A stretch of DNA of 64,000 nt from Bdellovibrionota bacterium. GTDB lineage: Bacteria; Bdellovibrionota_C; UBA2361; CAKMMH01. The notes beneath the pieces were generated by a model. The model was not told the origin of the DNA and searched no databases. It was given only the letters and a program-made list of their open reading frames with translations. The stretch is from assembly GCA_034180415.1 (NCBI GenBank), contig JAXFOK010000015.1, forward strand, positions 2,205 through 66,204. The letters are read 5' to 3'. The translations under genes and the position numbers were made by a program. Shown here one piece after another: positions 18,693-27,411 of this stretch; within the stretch, counting starts at the first letter, position 1; every line of letters begins with the position of its first letter.

Positions 18693-21002
18693 ATGAAAAT
18701 GTTACAAAGAGAAAAATTATTTTTAAGTTGTGTTTTTAGTCTTGCATTTATTGTTTTAACAAATAATGGAAATGCATTGTTAATTGATGATTTTAAGGAT
18801 GTTGATAATAATGGAAATCCTCTTGGACTGCAATCAAGCGTAAATTCAACTAATAGTACAAGTTGGAATGATGTTGGGTTAGCAAATGTAGTGGGCGGTT
18901 GTCGTAAAGTTGTTTTGAGTGGAGATGGAAGTGGAGTTTTTTCAGCTGGAAAGTATTCTCACAACCAAGATGATGCAAAAACTGCAAAGTCAATAATAAC
19001 ATGGGGGGAATGTGAAGACGGTACAGTGATGTCTGAAGTAGATTTCACAAAAGATGGTTCTAAATATTTTGTAGTCAAGTATAATAGTAATGATAGCGTG
19101 GATTATAGAGGAAAAATATATTTAAGATTATGGGATAGCTCTGATCATGAAGCAAATGTTCAGTGTGATCGTTATGAATCCGAGGAAGTGTACAAATGTA
19201 TGTACAAAAAATATACAGATGTTGATGTCGAGCTAGATAAGATTGTAAAGATTCAGTTGATAATGGATGGTTCAAGTGCATCTGGTTGGGATTTCGGTAT
19301 TGAGTCAGTTTTGACTGGAAATAGCCAAAATACAGTTTGTGGTGTTGTTCCTACTGCATCAAATAATTATGGTGCTAAAGATGAATGTGGATTCTGTCCA
19401 AATGATATAATGCCTGATAAATATCAATATGGTCAAGGAAAAGATGAGTGTGATTATTGTCCAAATGATACTTTGCCTGCTAACTATCAATATGGTGATG
19501 GAAAAATTTGTCGTAATTCATGTGATGTAAATCAAAATTGCGGATGGTGTCCAACAATCGATAATCCAGGAAAAGCTCATCAGAGGTATACTTGTAAGCA
19601 ATGTGATGATGGAATGGATAATGACGGAAAGGGTGATATTGACTGTGCTGATCCTCAATGCTTAAAGGGGGTTAATGGAAGCTGTGATCCTAACTATAAT
19701 AGTGAAGCACCACAGTGTAGCAATAAGAAAGATGATGATAATGATGGTAAGGTAGATAAAAACGATCCAGCATGTCTTGATGAAAATGGCAATTATAACC
19801 CAGACCTTGATGATGAATCAGATGAACCTGCTTGTTCTGATAAAGCAGATAATGATGGTGATGGTTTGATTGATTCAAAAGATCCTGGTTGCTATGCGAA
19901 AAATCCAAATACTGGAAAATATGAATATAAGCCAAATAAAAAGAGTGAAGAAGGACCAAATACTGAATGTTCAGATTCAAAAGATAATGATGGTGATGGA
20001 TATATTGATAGTAAAGATCCTGATTGTTGGTATACTGATTCAATTAAGTTAGGTGGAACTAAAGACTATTCAAATGAATCACCTTTTTATGATTGGAATC
20101 CTTGGGATCTTTCAGAAAGTGGTGCAAGAAAGTATCAATGTTCAGATGGAAAGGATAATGATGATGATGGGTTAGTTGATGCGCAAGATCCTGGATGTTT
20201 AGATGATAGTGGTAATTGGAATCCTAAGAAAGATAGCGAAATTAATTCAGATGATGGAAAACCAGAATGTTCAGATGGTAAGGATAATGATAAAGATGGA
20301 TATATAGATTATCCTGATGATCCAGGTTGCACATCAAAGGATGATGATTCTGAAAATGACAACATTACAAAGCCTGAATGTTCTGATGGTATTGATAATG
20401 ATAAAGATGGAAAAATTGATGAAGCTGATACTTCATGTTGGGTTTATGATAATAATGGAAATCCAATTAAGTACGATCCTAATATCGATGATGAATCAGG
20501 ATGTACAACAACTTCTAATGTAAGTAACTTAGATGTTGATAATGAAAGATTAGCTACAATTGGTTTAAATGCTGCTTTATATTTAAAGAGATTCCATGCT
20601 AATTCAAGTAATGAATATAAGAGAACTACTCTTTCTGCAAAACGTGCTGGAACTAAGATTAGTAAGGAAATTAATAAGGTGGTGACAGATTTGAAATCTT
20701 ATTCAGTTTCTTGTAATAGTCAGACAGGTTCTTCATGTAGAAATAACAATAATACAGAGCTTAACAAGTTTTCACAACAAGTTAGTCAATTAAATAAACT
20801 TGTTCGTCGTGCACAAAGAAGAGGTTTGTTCTTTAAGAAGAATTTTGAAAGCAAGGCAATTTCAAAAGCTAAGCAACAAAAAGCAGGTTACAAAAATGCA
20901 AAAGCTACTATGACTAATAACAGAAAGGCTGGAACAAGAATAACTGTTTATAATAATATAAATGCCAAGGTTAGTAGTATTAAGTCATTAGCTATTTGCT
21001 AA
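18693..21002 (+). CDS. Secreted protein (769 aa) with tandem Cys-bounded Asp-rich calcium/metal-binding-type repeats (TSP3/MopE-like) and a basic Lys/Arg-rich C-terminal domain
   Basis: Signal peptide. CPND-containing units (CGFCPNDIMPDKYQYGQG, CDYCPNDTLPANYQYGDG). At least 7 units of C-S-D-x-K-D-N-D-x-D-G-x-(I/V)-D-x-x-D-P-x-C (e.g. CSDKADNDGDGLIDSKDPGC, CSDSKDNDGDGYIDSKDPDC). Basic tail rich in K/R/N/S. Confidence 0.8.
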   Translation: MKMLQREKLFLSCVFSLAFIVLTNNGNALLIDDFKDVDNNGNPLGLQSSVNSTNSTSWNDVGLANVVGGCRKVVLSGDGSGVFSAGKYSHNQDDAKTAKSIITWGECEDGTVMSEVDFTKDGSKYFVVKYNSNDSVDYRGKIYLRLWDSSDHEANVQCDRYESEEVYKCMYKKYTDVDVELDKIVKIQLIMDGSSASGWDFGIESVLTGNSQNTVCGVVPTASNNYGAKDECGFCPNDIMPDKYQYGQGKDECDYCPNDTLPANYQYGDGKICRNSCDVNQNCGWCPTIDNPGKAHQRYTCKQCDDGMDNDGKGDIDCADPQCLKGVNGSCDPNYNSEAPQCSNKKDDDNDGKVDKNDPACLDENGNYNPDLDDESDEPACSDKADNDGDGLIDSKDPGCYAKNPNTGKYEYKPNKKSEEGPNTECSDSKDNDGDGYIDSKDPDCWYTDSIKLGGTKDYSNESPFYDWNPWDLSESGARKYQCSDGKDNDDDGLVDAQDPGCLDDSGNWNPKKDSEINSDDGKPECSDGKDNDKDGYIDYPDDPGCTSKDDDSENDNITKPECSDGIDNDKDGKIDEADTSCWVYDNNGNPIKYDPNIDDESGCTTTSNVSNLDVDNERLATIGLNAALYLKRFHANSSNEYKRTTLSAKRAGTKISKEINKVVTDLKSYSVSCNSQTGSSCRNNNNTELNKFSQQVSQLNKLVRRAQRRGLFFKKNFESKAISKAKQQKAGYKNAKATMTNNRKAGTRITVYNNINAKVSSIKSLAIC

Positions 21003-21003
21003 T

Positions 21004-21388
21004 AAAATTGACGATGCATCCAAGATTGCGTCGTTATTCGAGAGAGATGCCGTCCTCGCTGTACTTAATAGTACAGCTGTGGGTGCATCCTCTCGAATGC
21101 CTAGCACTCTTGGCGCCTCGTCAATTTTATATATTAAGACGATGCATGTGATGATGCTACGTTCATTTTGAGGGATAAACGGTCCTTGCTGTACTTAATA
21201 GTACAGCTGTGGGAGCATCCTCCCGAATGCCTAGCACTCTTGGCGCCTCGTCAATTTTATATATTAAGACGATGCATGTGATGATGCTACGTTCATTTTG
21301 AGGGATAAACGGTCCTTGCTGTACTAATCGTACAGCTGTGGGAGCATCCTCTCGAATGCCTAGCACTCTTGGTGCCTCGTCAATTTTA
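21004..21388. repeat. Tandem array of three family-A palindromic elements (units about 121 nt)
   Basis: Copy 1 is 21004–21128. Copies 2 and 3 (21129–21249, 21250–21388) form a 121-nt direct repeat (atattaagacgatgcatgtgatgatgc...). Each has a central hairpin gctgtacttaatagtacagc and a 3' module gaatgcctagcactcttggcgcctcgtcaatttt. Termini are inverted complements. The ORF 21163..21408 is a repeat artefact. Confidence 0.8.
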
Positions 21389-21514
21389 TAAAATGGACCT
21401 TTTAACAACCCCTAAAAGGTAAAAGTTTTAATGGGTTGGTGCGTAATTAAAGTTTGCTGTGAAAAATTTCGATATTGAGTATAGGTTGGATTATATTTTT
21501 TTAAGTTTTAAGCT

Positions 21515-22762
21515 ATGAAATTATTAATTATTGATGTTTCAACAGAAGCTCAAGCAAAGTGTGCTAAAAAAATAGAGCCTTTTAATAGAAGTGATGTCGA
21601 AATGCTTGATTTAAAAATCAAGCTTGCAAACGAGCAAACTTATAAAGATATTCTAGAAGGAGCAGATGTTGCAATACTTGGTGCAGGGTTAGGTGAGTCT
21701 GCAATAGTGGTCGCAAGAGAGATTGCAAGCGTGTGCCCTTGGATGAATATTATAATGTTTGTTAAAGAGTCATTATACGGTGGAAGCTCTTTTAGAAGCG
21801 CACATTCAGTGGGCGTAAGAAAAGTTTTTTCTGATAACGCAAGTCCTCTTGATTTCTTGCAAGAACTTGTAGCAATTCACAGTGAATTTAGAAAAGAAGG
21901 TCGAGCCAGGGAAGGTATAGTTGTCGCGGTGAATCATGCCAAGGGAGGCGTCGGAGCAACTTCAATTTGCGCAGCTCTTGCAGAGGTTTGTGGAGTTTAT
22001 AATAAAAGGACACTTCTTTGGGATTTAGATGTCGAGACAAGAGATTTAAGTCGCTCTCTTACTGCAAGTGGAACAGAAGCCAAAGTAGTTTCATCGTGGG
22101 TTAATGGTTCAAGAGAAATTTCAAGAGAATCTTTAAAAGATGCACTTTTACCTATAAGTAATGAAGTTTCAATATTAATTCCACCAGATTGTATGGCTGA
22201 GTCTATGGATTTAGTGTGTCATACAGATAGTATAGCTCTTTGTAGTAGAATTTTAGAGCTTTCAAGAGTGCTTTTTGACGTAATTATTATTGATACTGGT
22301 GGAAGAATGGGACCTGCTACTGGAGCAGTAGTAAGAAATAGTGATAAAACTTTAATTGTTATTGATGATACGATTTTGGGACTAACAGCTGTCGATCTTT
22401 ATTTAAATTTTATTAAGAGTTTAGTTGGAACTCCAGATAGAATTAATTTTTTAATAAATCAATATACTGGAAATCTTCTTACAAAAAATCAGATTGAAGC
22501 TGAGTTAGAACCTATTCATAGGTTAGGACATGAGGTTTGGAGCTTAGATCCAGTGTATATGGACCCAAAAGCTAGCCTTTGGTCAGCAAGTGGTAAGACG
22601 CTTTATAGTTTAGGTAATAGAAATACAAGAGTTGCTCTAGAAAAGATGGCTGTAATTCTAGGACTTACTATTCAACATGGCGTAGTAAAGAGAGAAAACC
22701 AAGCAAATAATAACCAAAAAGAAAAAGGACATAAGTTTTTGAATTTTTTTAATAAAAAATAA
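21515..22762 (+). CDS. tadZ: TadZ/CpaE-type pilus-assembly ATPase (ParA/MinD-like, N-terminal degenerate receiver domain)
   Basis: N-terminal MKLLIIDVSTEAQAK REC-like fold. Deviant Walker A AVNHAKGGVGATSICAALA. 415 aa. Located at the head of the flp operon. Confidence 0.8.
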   Translation: MKLLIIDVSTEAQAKCAKKIEPFNRSDVEMLDLKIKLANEQTYKDILEGADVAILGAGLGESAIVVAREIASVCPWMNIIMFVKESLYGGSSFRSAHSVGVRKVFSDNASPLDFLQELVAIHSEFRKEGRAREGIVVAVNHAKGGVGATSICAALAEVCGVYNKRTLLWDLDVETRDLSRSLTASGTEAKVVSSWVNGSREISRESLKDALLPISNEVSILIPPDCMAESMDLVCHTDSIALCSRILELSRVLFDVIIIDTGGRMGPATGAVVRNSDKTLIVIDDTILGLTAVDLYLNFIKSLVGTPDRINFLINQYTGNLLTKNQIEAELEPIHRLGHEVWSLDPVYMDPKASLWSASGKTLYSLGNRNTRVALEKMAVILGLTIQHGVVKRENQANNNQKEKGHKFLNFFNKK

Positions 22763-22935
22763 TGTTTGTTATTTTTGTTAATATTTGAATCTTTTTTTAA
22801 AAAAAAGAATCTTAATACTTAAATATATGAGGTTTGTATTTGCTGATTTTTTAGTTTTAGTTTAAGTTGTAGTTATAAATAGCTATATTTGTAAACTAAA
22901 AATTTAAATAATATATATATTAAGGAGAAAGTAAA

Positions 22936-23109
22936 ATGTTAAGAATTTTTAGTAAGAAAGAAAAAGGTGCTTCACTCGTTGAGTACGCGTTACTAGTTGC
23001 TTTAATTGCATTAGGATCAATGGCTGCTATGAGATTACTATCAAATAATATTTCAGGTGCATTCTCTCAATCAGGTAGTATATTACAAGATGTAAGTAAA
23101 GCAGGTTAA
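22936..23109 (+). CDS. flp: Flp-family pilin precursor (57 aa), absent from the supplied ORF track
   Basis: MLRIFSKKEKGASLVEYALLVALIALGSMAAMRLLSNNISGAFSQSGSILQDVSKAG carries the Flp signature (G/ASLVEYALLVALIAL: prepilin-peptidase site G|A, conserved E and Y). Strong RBS aaggagaaagtaaaATG. Sits directly upstream of cpaB/tadA/tadB/tadC. Confidence 0.8.
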   Translation: MLRIFSKKEKGASLVEYALLVALIALGSMAAMRLLSNNISGAFSQSGSILQDVSKAG

Positions 23110-23127
23110 TTTATTAAGTATTTTATT

Positions 23128-24039
23128 ATGAAGCCACTTAGTTCTCAACCAGATAGTAATTCTAAGCTAATTTTTTTAGTTGCAATTGTTGTAATGCTTT
23201 TGCTAGGTGGCTTTCTTTTAATTTTTTTCGGATTTAGTAATAAATCTAATAATACCGGACAAAATTTTGATAATCCACAAAGTGAATTGAATGATAATAT
23301 AAATACTAGAGCAGAAAATAATGCAAATGTTGAAAGAACAGTTCAGGTTTTAGTTACAATAAGAGATATTAAAAATGGCGAAAAATTAGATCCTACAATG
23401 TTTAGGAAAGAAACAAGGCCAGAAAATTTTGTTAAACCTGATGATTATAGAGATTTTTCACAGATAGATGGTTTTTTTGCAAAATCAGATATTGGATTTA
23501 GAGAAACTATAGACCCAAATAAAGTATCAAGAAAAAAACCAGTAAATACTATAACGGCTAATATTCCTGAAGGTTACAGAGCTGTTACAATTAATGTTGA
23601 TGTGACAAGTAGTGTAGAAGGTTGGGCAAGAGCAGGAGCGTTTGTTGATGTTGTATGGAATTCAGTGATAAATGGAAAACCAGCTGCTACTGTAATTATT
23701 CAAAATGCAAAAATTTTATCAGCAGAAAGGCAAATTGAGGCTAATCCACAAGAGGGACAGGCTCCTGTTCCTAGTACTGTAACACTTCTTGTGCTTGCGG
23801 ATGATGCAACAAAAATTCATCTTGCAGAAACCACTGGTAAGTTAAGTTTACAGTTAAGAGGGGACGATGCTGAAAAAGGATTTGGGGCAAGAACTTCCCT
23901 TACAATAGATGATTTACTTGATAAGAATAATGGTAAAAAAGATAATAAAAAGTATGATGCTATTGTAAAAATTAAAGGTAAAAATGGTAAAATGGAAAGG
24001 TGGGGATTAAAGGATGGAAGTCTTGTTCTAATTGAGTAA
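23128..24039 (+). CDS. cpaB: CpaB/RcpC-family Flp pilus assembly protein
   Basis: N-terminal TM anchor, then a SAF-like region (VQVLVTIRDIKNGEKLDPTMFRKETRPENFVKPD) and a beta-rich C-terminus, at the canonical position between flp and tadA. Confidence 0.65.
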   Translation: MKPLSSQPDSNSKLIFLVAIVVMLLLGGFLLIFFGFSNKSNNTGQNFDNPQSELNDNINTRAENNANVERTVQVLVTIRDIKNGEKLDPTMFRKETRPENFVKPDDYRDFSQIDGFFAKSDIGFRETIDPNKVSRKKPVNTITANIPEGYRAVTINVDVTSSVEGWARAGAFVDVVWNSVINGKPAATVIIQNAKILSAERQIEANPQEGQAPVPSTVTLLVLADDATKIHLAETTGKLSLQLRGDDAEKGFGARTSLTIDDLLDKNNGKKDNKKYDAIVKIKGKNGKMERWGLKDGSLVLIE

Positions 24040-24057
24040 TTTTAAAAGAAGTTATAA

Positions 24058-25515
24058 ATGGCAAGAAATGAGACTAATGATGATTTAACAAGTTTGTTTT
24101 CTACAAGAAATAAGATGATAAATGAATCATCGCAAGGGGAGAATAATTCGTTAATGCCATCTGTATCTGGTGGAACTTCTTCTCGAGGTATTGCAAAAAC
24201 TAATAAAAATGATTCAAAAGATTATTCTCAAGGAAATGATAGTTTTAAAAAGGAACTTTCAGAGACAGGTAATAGGGTATTAAAAGAAGCAAGAAGTGAG
24301 CTAGGGGAACTTTTAAACAAACAAAAAGAATCTAACAAAGCTATTGATGAGTCAACGATTATTAAAGCTGTAGAAAAGGTTATTGAAAAAAATGAAGTTT
24401 CACTTCCTGACTTAGAAAAGGCTACTATTATTATTCATCTTCAAAAGGATTTGCTTGGTTGGGGAGTTTTACAGCCTCTTATAGATAATCCAGAAGTTAC
24501 AGATATTCACGTTTATGATTATGCTACAGTCGTGCTTCAACGTGGTAAAGTTAGTGAAAGAACTCAGTATCGATGGCCATCCAAACAAGTTTATATAGCA
24601 TTTATTGATAGGCTTCTTTTAAGACTTGGAAAATCACTATCTACTCAGCAACACACGGTTGATGCTGCGCTTCCAAATGGAATAAGAATTTGTGCAATTC
24701 ACGAGAGTGTTTGTGGTTCAAGAGGCCCACTTTTAAGTATTCGTGTACCAAGAGTTAGTAAAGTATCACTTGAAAGTATCGTATCATACCAAATGGCACC
24801 ACCATTAATTGTTAGGTATTTAGCAGCACTTGTAAAATGTGGTATTTGTACATTTATGATAGCAGGAGAAACTGGTACTGGTAAAACGACTATTATGAAA
24901 TGTCTTGCAACTCAATTTGGTGAAACTGAGTCAATCGTAGCTGTTGAAGATACTCCAGAACTTAATTTACAACATGAGTATTTTAGATCCCTTGTATCTC
25001 GTCCACCAAACACCGAGGGAAAAGGTGAAGTTACACTTCAAGAGCATATAAAAACTACTCTTCGTATGACACCAAACAGGGTACTACTTGGTGAAATGAG
25101 AACTCCATTTGCTGCAGAAGCTTTCTTAGAAGGTGTCCAAACAGGTCACGTTGGAATGAGTACAATTCACGCTCGTAATGCTAGAGAAACTCTTACAAGA
25201 CTTGAAGGACTTTTAGGACGTGCTCAACAGTCAGTTTCTACTGAGATTTTAAGGCAGCAAATCGCGCTTGCTGTAGATGTTGTTGTTTGGCTTTTTAGAG
25301 AAAAAGAAACGGGAAAACCAAGAGTAGGGGAAATAATTGAAGTTGGACACTGTGTTGAAGGTGTAATTCAAACGCGTCCTATGTTTTCAATTTTAAAAAC
25401 AGGAAAGGATCCTCTTTGGAGAGTCGACTCTTGGGCAAGTTTCTTTGATGAAGAGCTAGCAGAATACGGAATATTTCTAGGAGATGCGCCTCCTGAGATT
25501 AGTTTAAAAGACTAG
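24058..25515 (+). CDS. tadA: TadA/CpaF pilus-assembly ATPase (T2SS/T4SS secretion ATPase superfamily)
   Basis: Walker A IAGETGTGKTTIMKCL, Asp box, Walker B and His box (GHVGMSTIHA). The N-terminal about 140-aa extension is unusually long. Locally higher GC is typical of a conserved ATPase. Confidence 0.9.
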   Translation: MARNETNDDLTSLFSTRNKMINESSQGENNSLMPSVSGGTSSRGIAKTNKNDSKDYSQGNDSFKKELSETGNRVLKEARSELGELLNKQKESNKAIDESTIIKAVEKVIEKNEVSLPDLEKATIIIHLQKDLLGWGVLQPLIDNPEVTDIHVYDYATVVLQRGKVSERTQYRWPSKQVYIAFIDRLLLRLGKSLSTQQHTVDAALPNGIRICAIHESVCGSRGPLLSIRVPRVSKVSLESIVSYQMAPPLIVRYLAALVKCGICTFMIAGETGTGKTTIMKCLATQFGETESIVAVEDTPELNLQHEYFRSLVSRPPNTEGKGEVTLQEHIKTTLRMTPNRVLLGEMRTPFAAEAFLEGVQTGHVGMSTIHARNARETLTRLEGLLGRAQQSVSTEILRQQIALAVDVVVWLFREKETGKPRVGEIIEVGHCVEGVIQTRPMFSILKTGKDPLWRVDSWASFFDEELAEYGIFLGDAPPEISLKD

Positions 25516-25555
25516 CATAATATATATGTTTTTTAAAAAAAGGTTTTAAGAAAAA

Positions 25556-26485
25556 GTGTCTATTGAGGTTATACTAGGAATAATATTAATTCTTTTGTCA
25601 ATAATTGTCGCTTGTGTGCTATTATTGTCTAATAATAATTCTAGTCATTCAAATTTTAAAAGTTTAAGTTCTCAAAAGAATAACAATGATAATAATTTAG
25701 AAGATATTGATTTTGTAAAAGTAGAAAGAACTAGCAATGGAAAATATACTTTAAGACAAAAAATGATATATGCAAATTGGAAATTTCCTCCAATCCTATT
25801 TAATATGTTTAGGTTTTCATTAGCAATTTTATGCTTTATGATAGCAAAGACCTATTTTAAGATTTTTTTATCTACTATTATTGCCTTTTTAGCTTTTAAC
25901 TTTGCAAATGGTTTTTTAAACAGGGCAATAAAGAAAAGATTCGATGCGTTTGATAAAGACTATCCAACATTTTTACAAACAATAGTAAGTTTATTAAAAT
26001 CTGGTATGAATGTACTTACTGCTATAGATTCAGCATCTGAGGGGCTAGAAGATACGTCACTTTTAAAAAGTGAAGTTAAGGTCATGATGGAAAGATTAAG
26101 AGCAGGAGTCGGTGAAGAAAAAGCTATTGGAAATTTTGGAGCAACAATTGATCATCCAGAAATTGAATTATTTATCCAAACTATAATTTTAGGAAAAAGC
26201 CTAGGTGGTTCTTTATCTATGACCCTTGATAGGCTTGCAGAACAAGTAAGAAAAAGACAATATTTTAGAGGCTCAGCAGTTGCTTCTATAGCACAGCAAA
26301 AAGGATCTTTATGGGTTATTTTATATTTATTATCAGGTTTAATTATTACAATTGGATGTAAAGCTCCAGATTTATTTGCTGTTGGATTGCATAGCAATGG
26401 TGGTAGAATGGTCTTGGAAATAGGAATATGTATTATATTGCTTGGAATATTTTGGATTAAGAAAGTTATAAATATTAAGGTATAA
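25556..26485 (+). CDS. tadB: TadB (GspF-like inner-membrane platform protein)
   Basis: T2SSF domain (PTFLQTIVSLLKSGMNVLTAIDSASEGL ... IQTIILGKSLGGSLSMTLDRLAEQVRKR) with flanking TM helices. GTG start. Confidence 0.75.
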   Translation: MSIEVILGIILILLSIIVACVLLLSNNNSSHSNFKSLSSQKNNNDNNLEDIDFVKVERTSNGKYTLRQKMIYANWKFPPILFNMFRFSLAILCFMIAKTYFKIFLSTIIAFLAFNFANGFLNRAIKKRFDAFDKDYPTFLQTIVSLLKSGMNVLTAIDSASEGLEDTSLLKSEVKVMMERLRAGVGEEKAIGNFGATIDHPEIELFIQTIILGKSLGGSLSMTLDRLAEQVRKRQYFRGSAVASIAQQKGSLWVILYLLSGLIITIGCKAPDLFAVGLHSNGGRMVLEIGICIILLGIFWIKKVINIKV

Positions 26486-27346
26486 ATGAATTTATTAATT
26501 GGTTTTATCATAATTTTTGCGATTATAACTTTTGTGTTATTTGTAGTAATTGTTTATTCGAATAAGAAAAATCAAGAAAAATCTACTCCTAAATATTTAT
26601 CAAATTCTTCTAAAAAAAATGTAGCAAAAAATAATACTAAATCAAAGAATGGTAAAGATGAAAGTTTAGAATCACTTTTTTATAGAGCTGGAATCTTTGA
26701 TGAAAAAGACAAGGCGGCTTTTAATAGGAAAAAAGTGCTTTATCCATTAATTTTTGGAATTATAGGAGCCATATTAGGGATTTATTATGGAGGATATTCA
26801 CTTTTTCTAATGCCTACCTTAGGTGCATATCTTGGTTTAAAATTTCCAGGAAGAATACTAAATAAAAGAATAAAAGAAAGAGATGAAGATATCTTATACT
26901 ATTTACCACTTGTAATAGAGCAATTAGTTGTAGGAGTAAGTAGCGCACTTGATATAGGCCCATGTATAGCTTATGTCGTCGATATGGCAGAAAAAAGAGG
27001 AACACATAATCCTGTCACAATTCTTTTAAAACAAGTACAAATTTTAGTTAGATTTGGTGCATCATTAGATGACGCACTTGTAGATGTTGGTAAGCAATCA
27101 GGTCATAATGAACTTAAAAATAGCTTTTTACAACTTTCACAGGTTACAAAGCATGGTGGTGAAATTACGAAACAATTACAAGATCTTGGAACAACAGTTA
27201 CAAGACAACGTGAGATTATAATTGATGAACGTATAAAAAGATTGGAATTAAAAGCAACAGGCCCTGTATTTTTAGTATTTGCCGGCCATATGGCTATATT
27301 ATTAGCATTCTTATTTATGGGGCTAGCAAAATCTCTTAGTAATTAA
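26486..27346 (+). CDS. tadC: TadC (second GspF-like platform protein)
   Basis: T2SSF-like region (ILYYLPLVIEQLVVGVSSALDIGPCIAYVVDMAEK ... QVQILVRFGASLDDALVDVG) plus TM helices. The start abuts the tadB stop. Confidence 0.75.
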   Translation: MNLLIGFIIIFAIITFVLFVVIVYSNKKNQEKSTPKYLSNSSKKNVAKNNTKSKNGKDESLESLFYRAGIFDEKDKAAFNRKKVLYPLIFGIIGAILGIYYGGYSLFLMPTLGAYLGLKFPGRILNKRIKERDEDILYYLPLVIEQLVVGVSSALDIGPCIAYVVDMAEKRGTHNPVTILLKQVQILVRFGASLDDALVDVGKQSGHNELKNSFLQLSQVTKHGGEITKQLQDLGTTVTRQREIIIDERIKRLELKATGPVFLVFAGHMAILLAFLFMGLAKSLSN

Positions 27347-27411
27347 ATAGAACAATGTTATTGTTTTATTTAGATCTAAATAAAATTTATTAAAAATCCG
27401 ACATAATAGGC

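Noticed and set aside
19690-20043. 117-aa His/Tyr-rich minus-strand ORF, and 19870..20052 / 20317..20523 plus-strand ORFs
   Set aside because: They are antisense or alternative-frame readings of the GAT/GAC/AAT-rich Asp-repeat region of the 18693..21002 gene. They lie nested inside a well-supported long CDS.
21004-21388. Possible CRISPR array (regular tandem repeats)
   Set aside because: The repeat units are 121–149 nt and nearly identical end to end, with no alternating unique spacers of 25–40 nt. No cas genes are in the window. The 39357 array has the same architecture.
21163-21408. 81-aa minus-strand ORF containing an internal duplicated peptide
   Set aside because: It is produced by reading through two tandem copies of the 121-nt repeat. 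The duplication in the peptide mirrors the DNA repeat.
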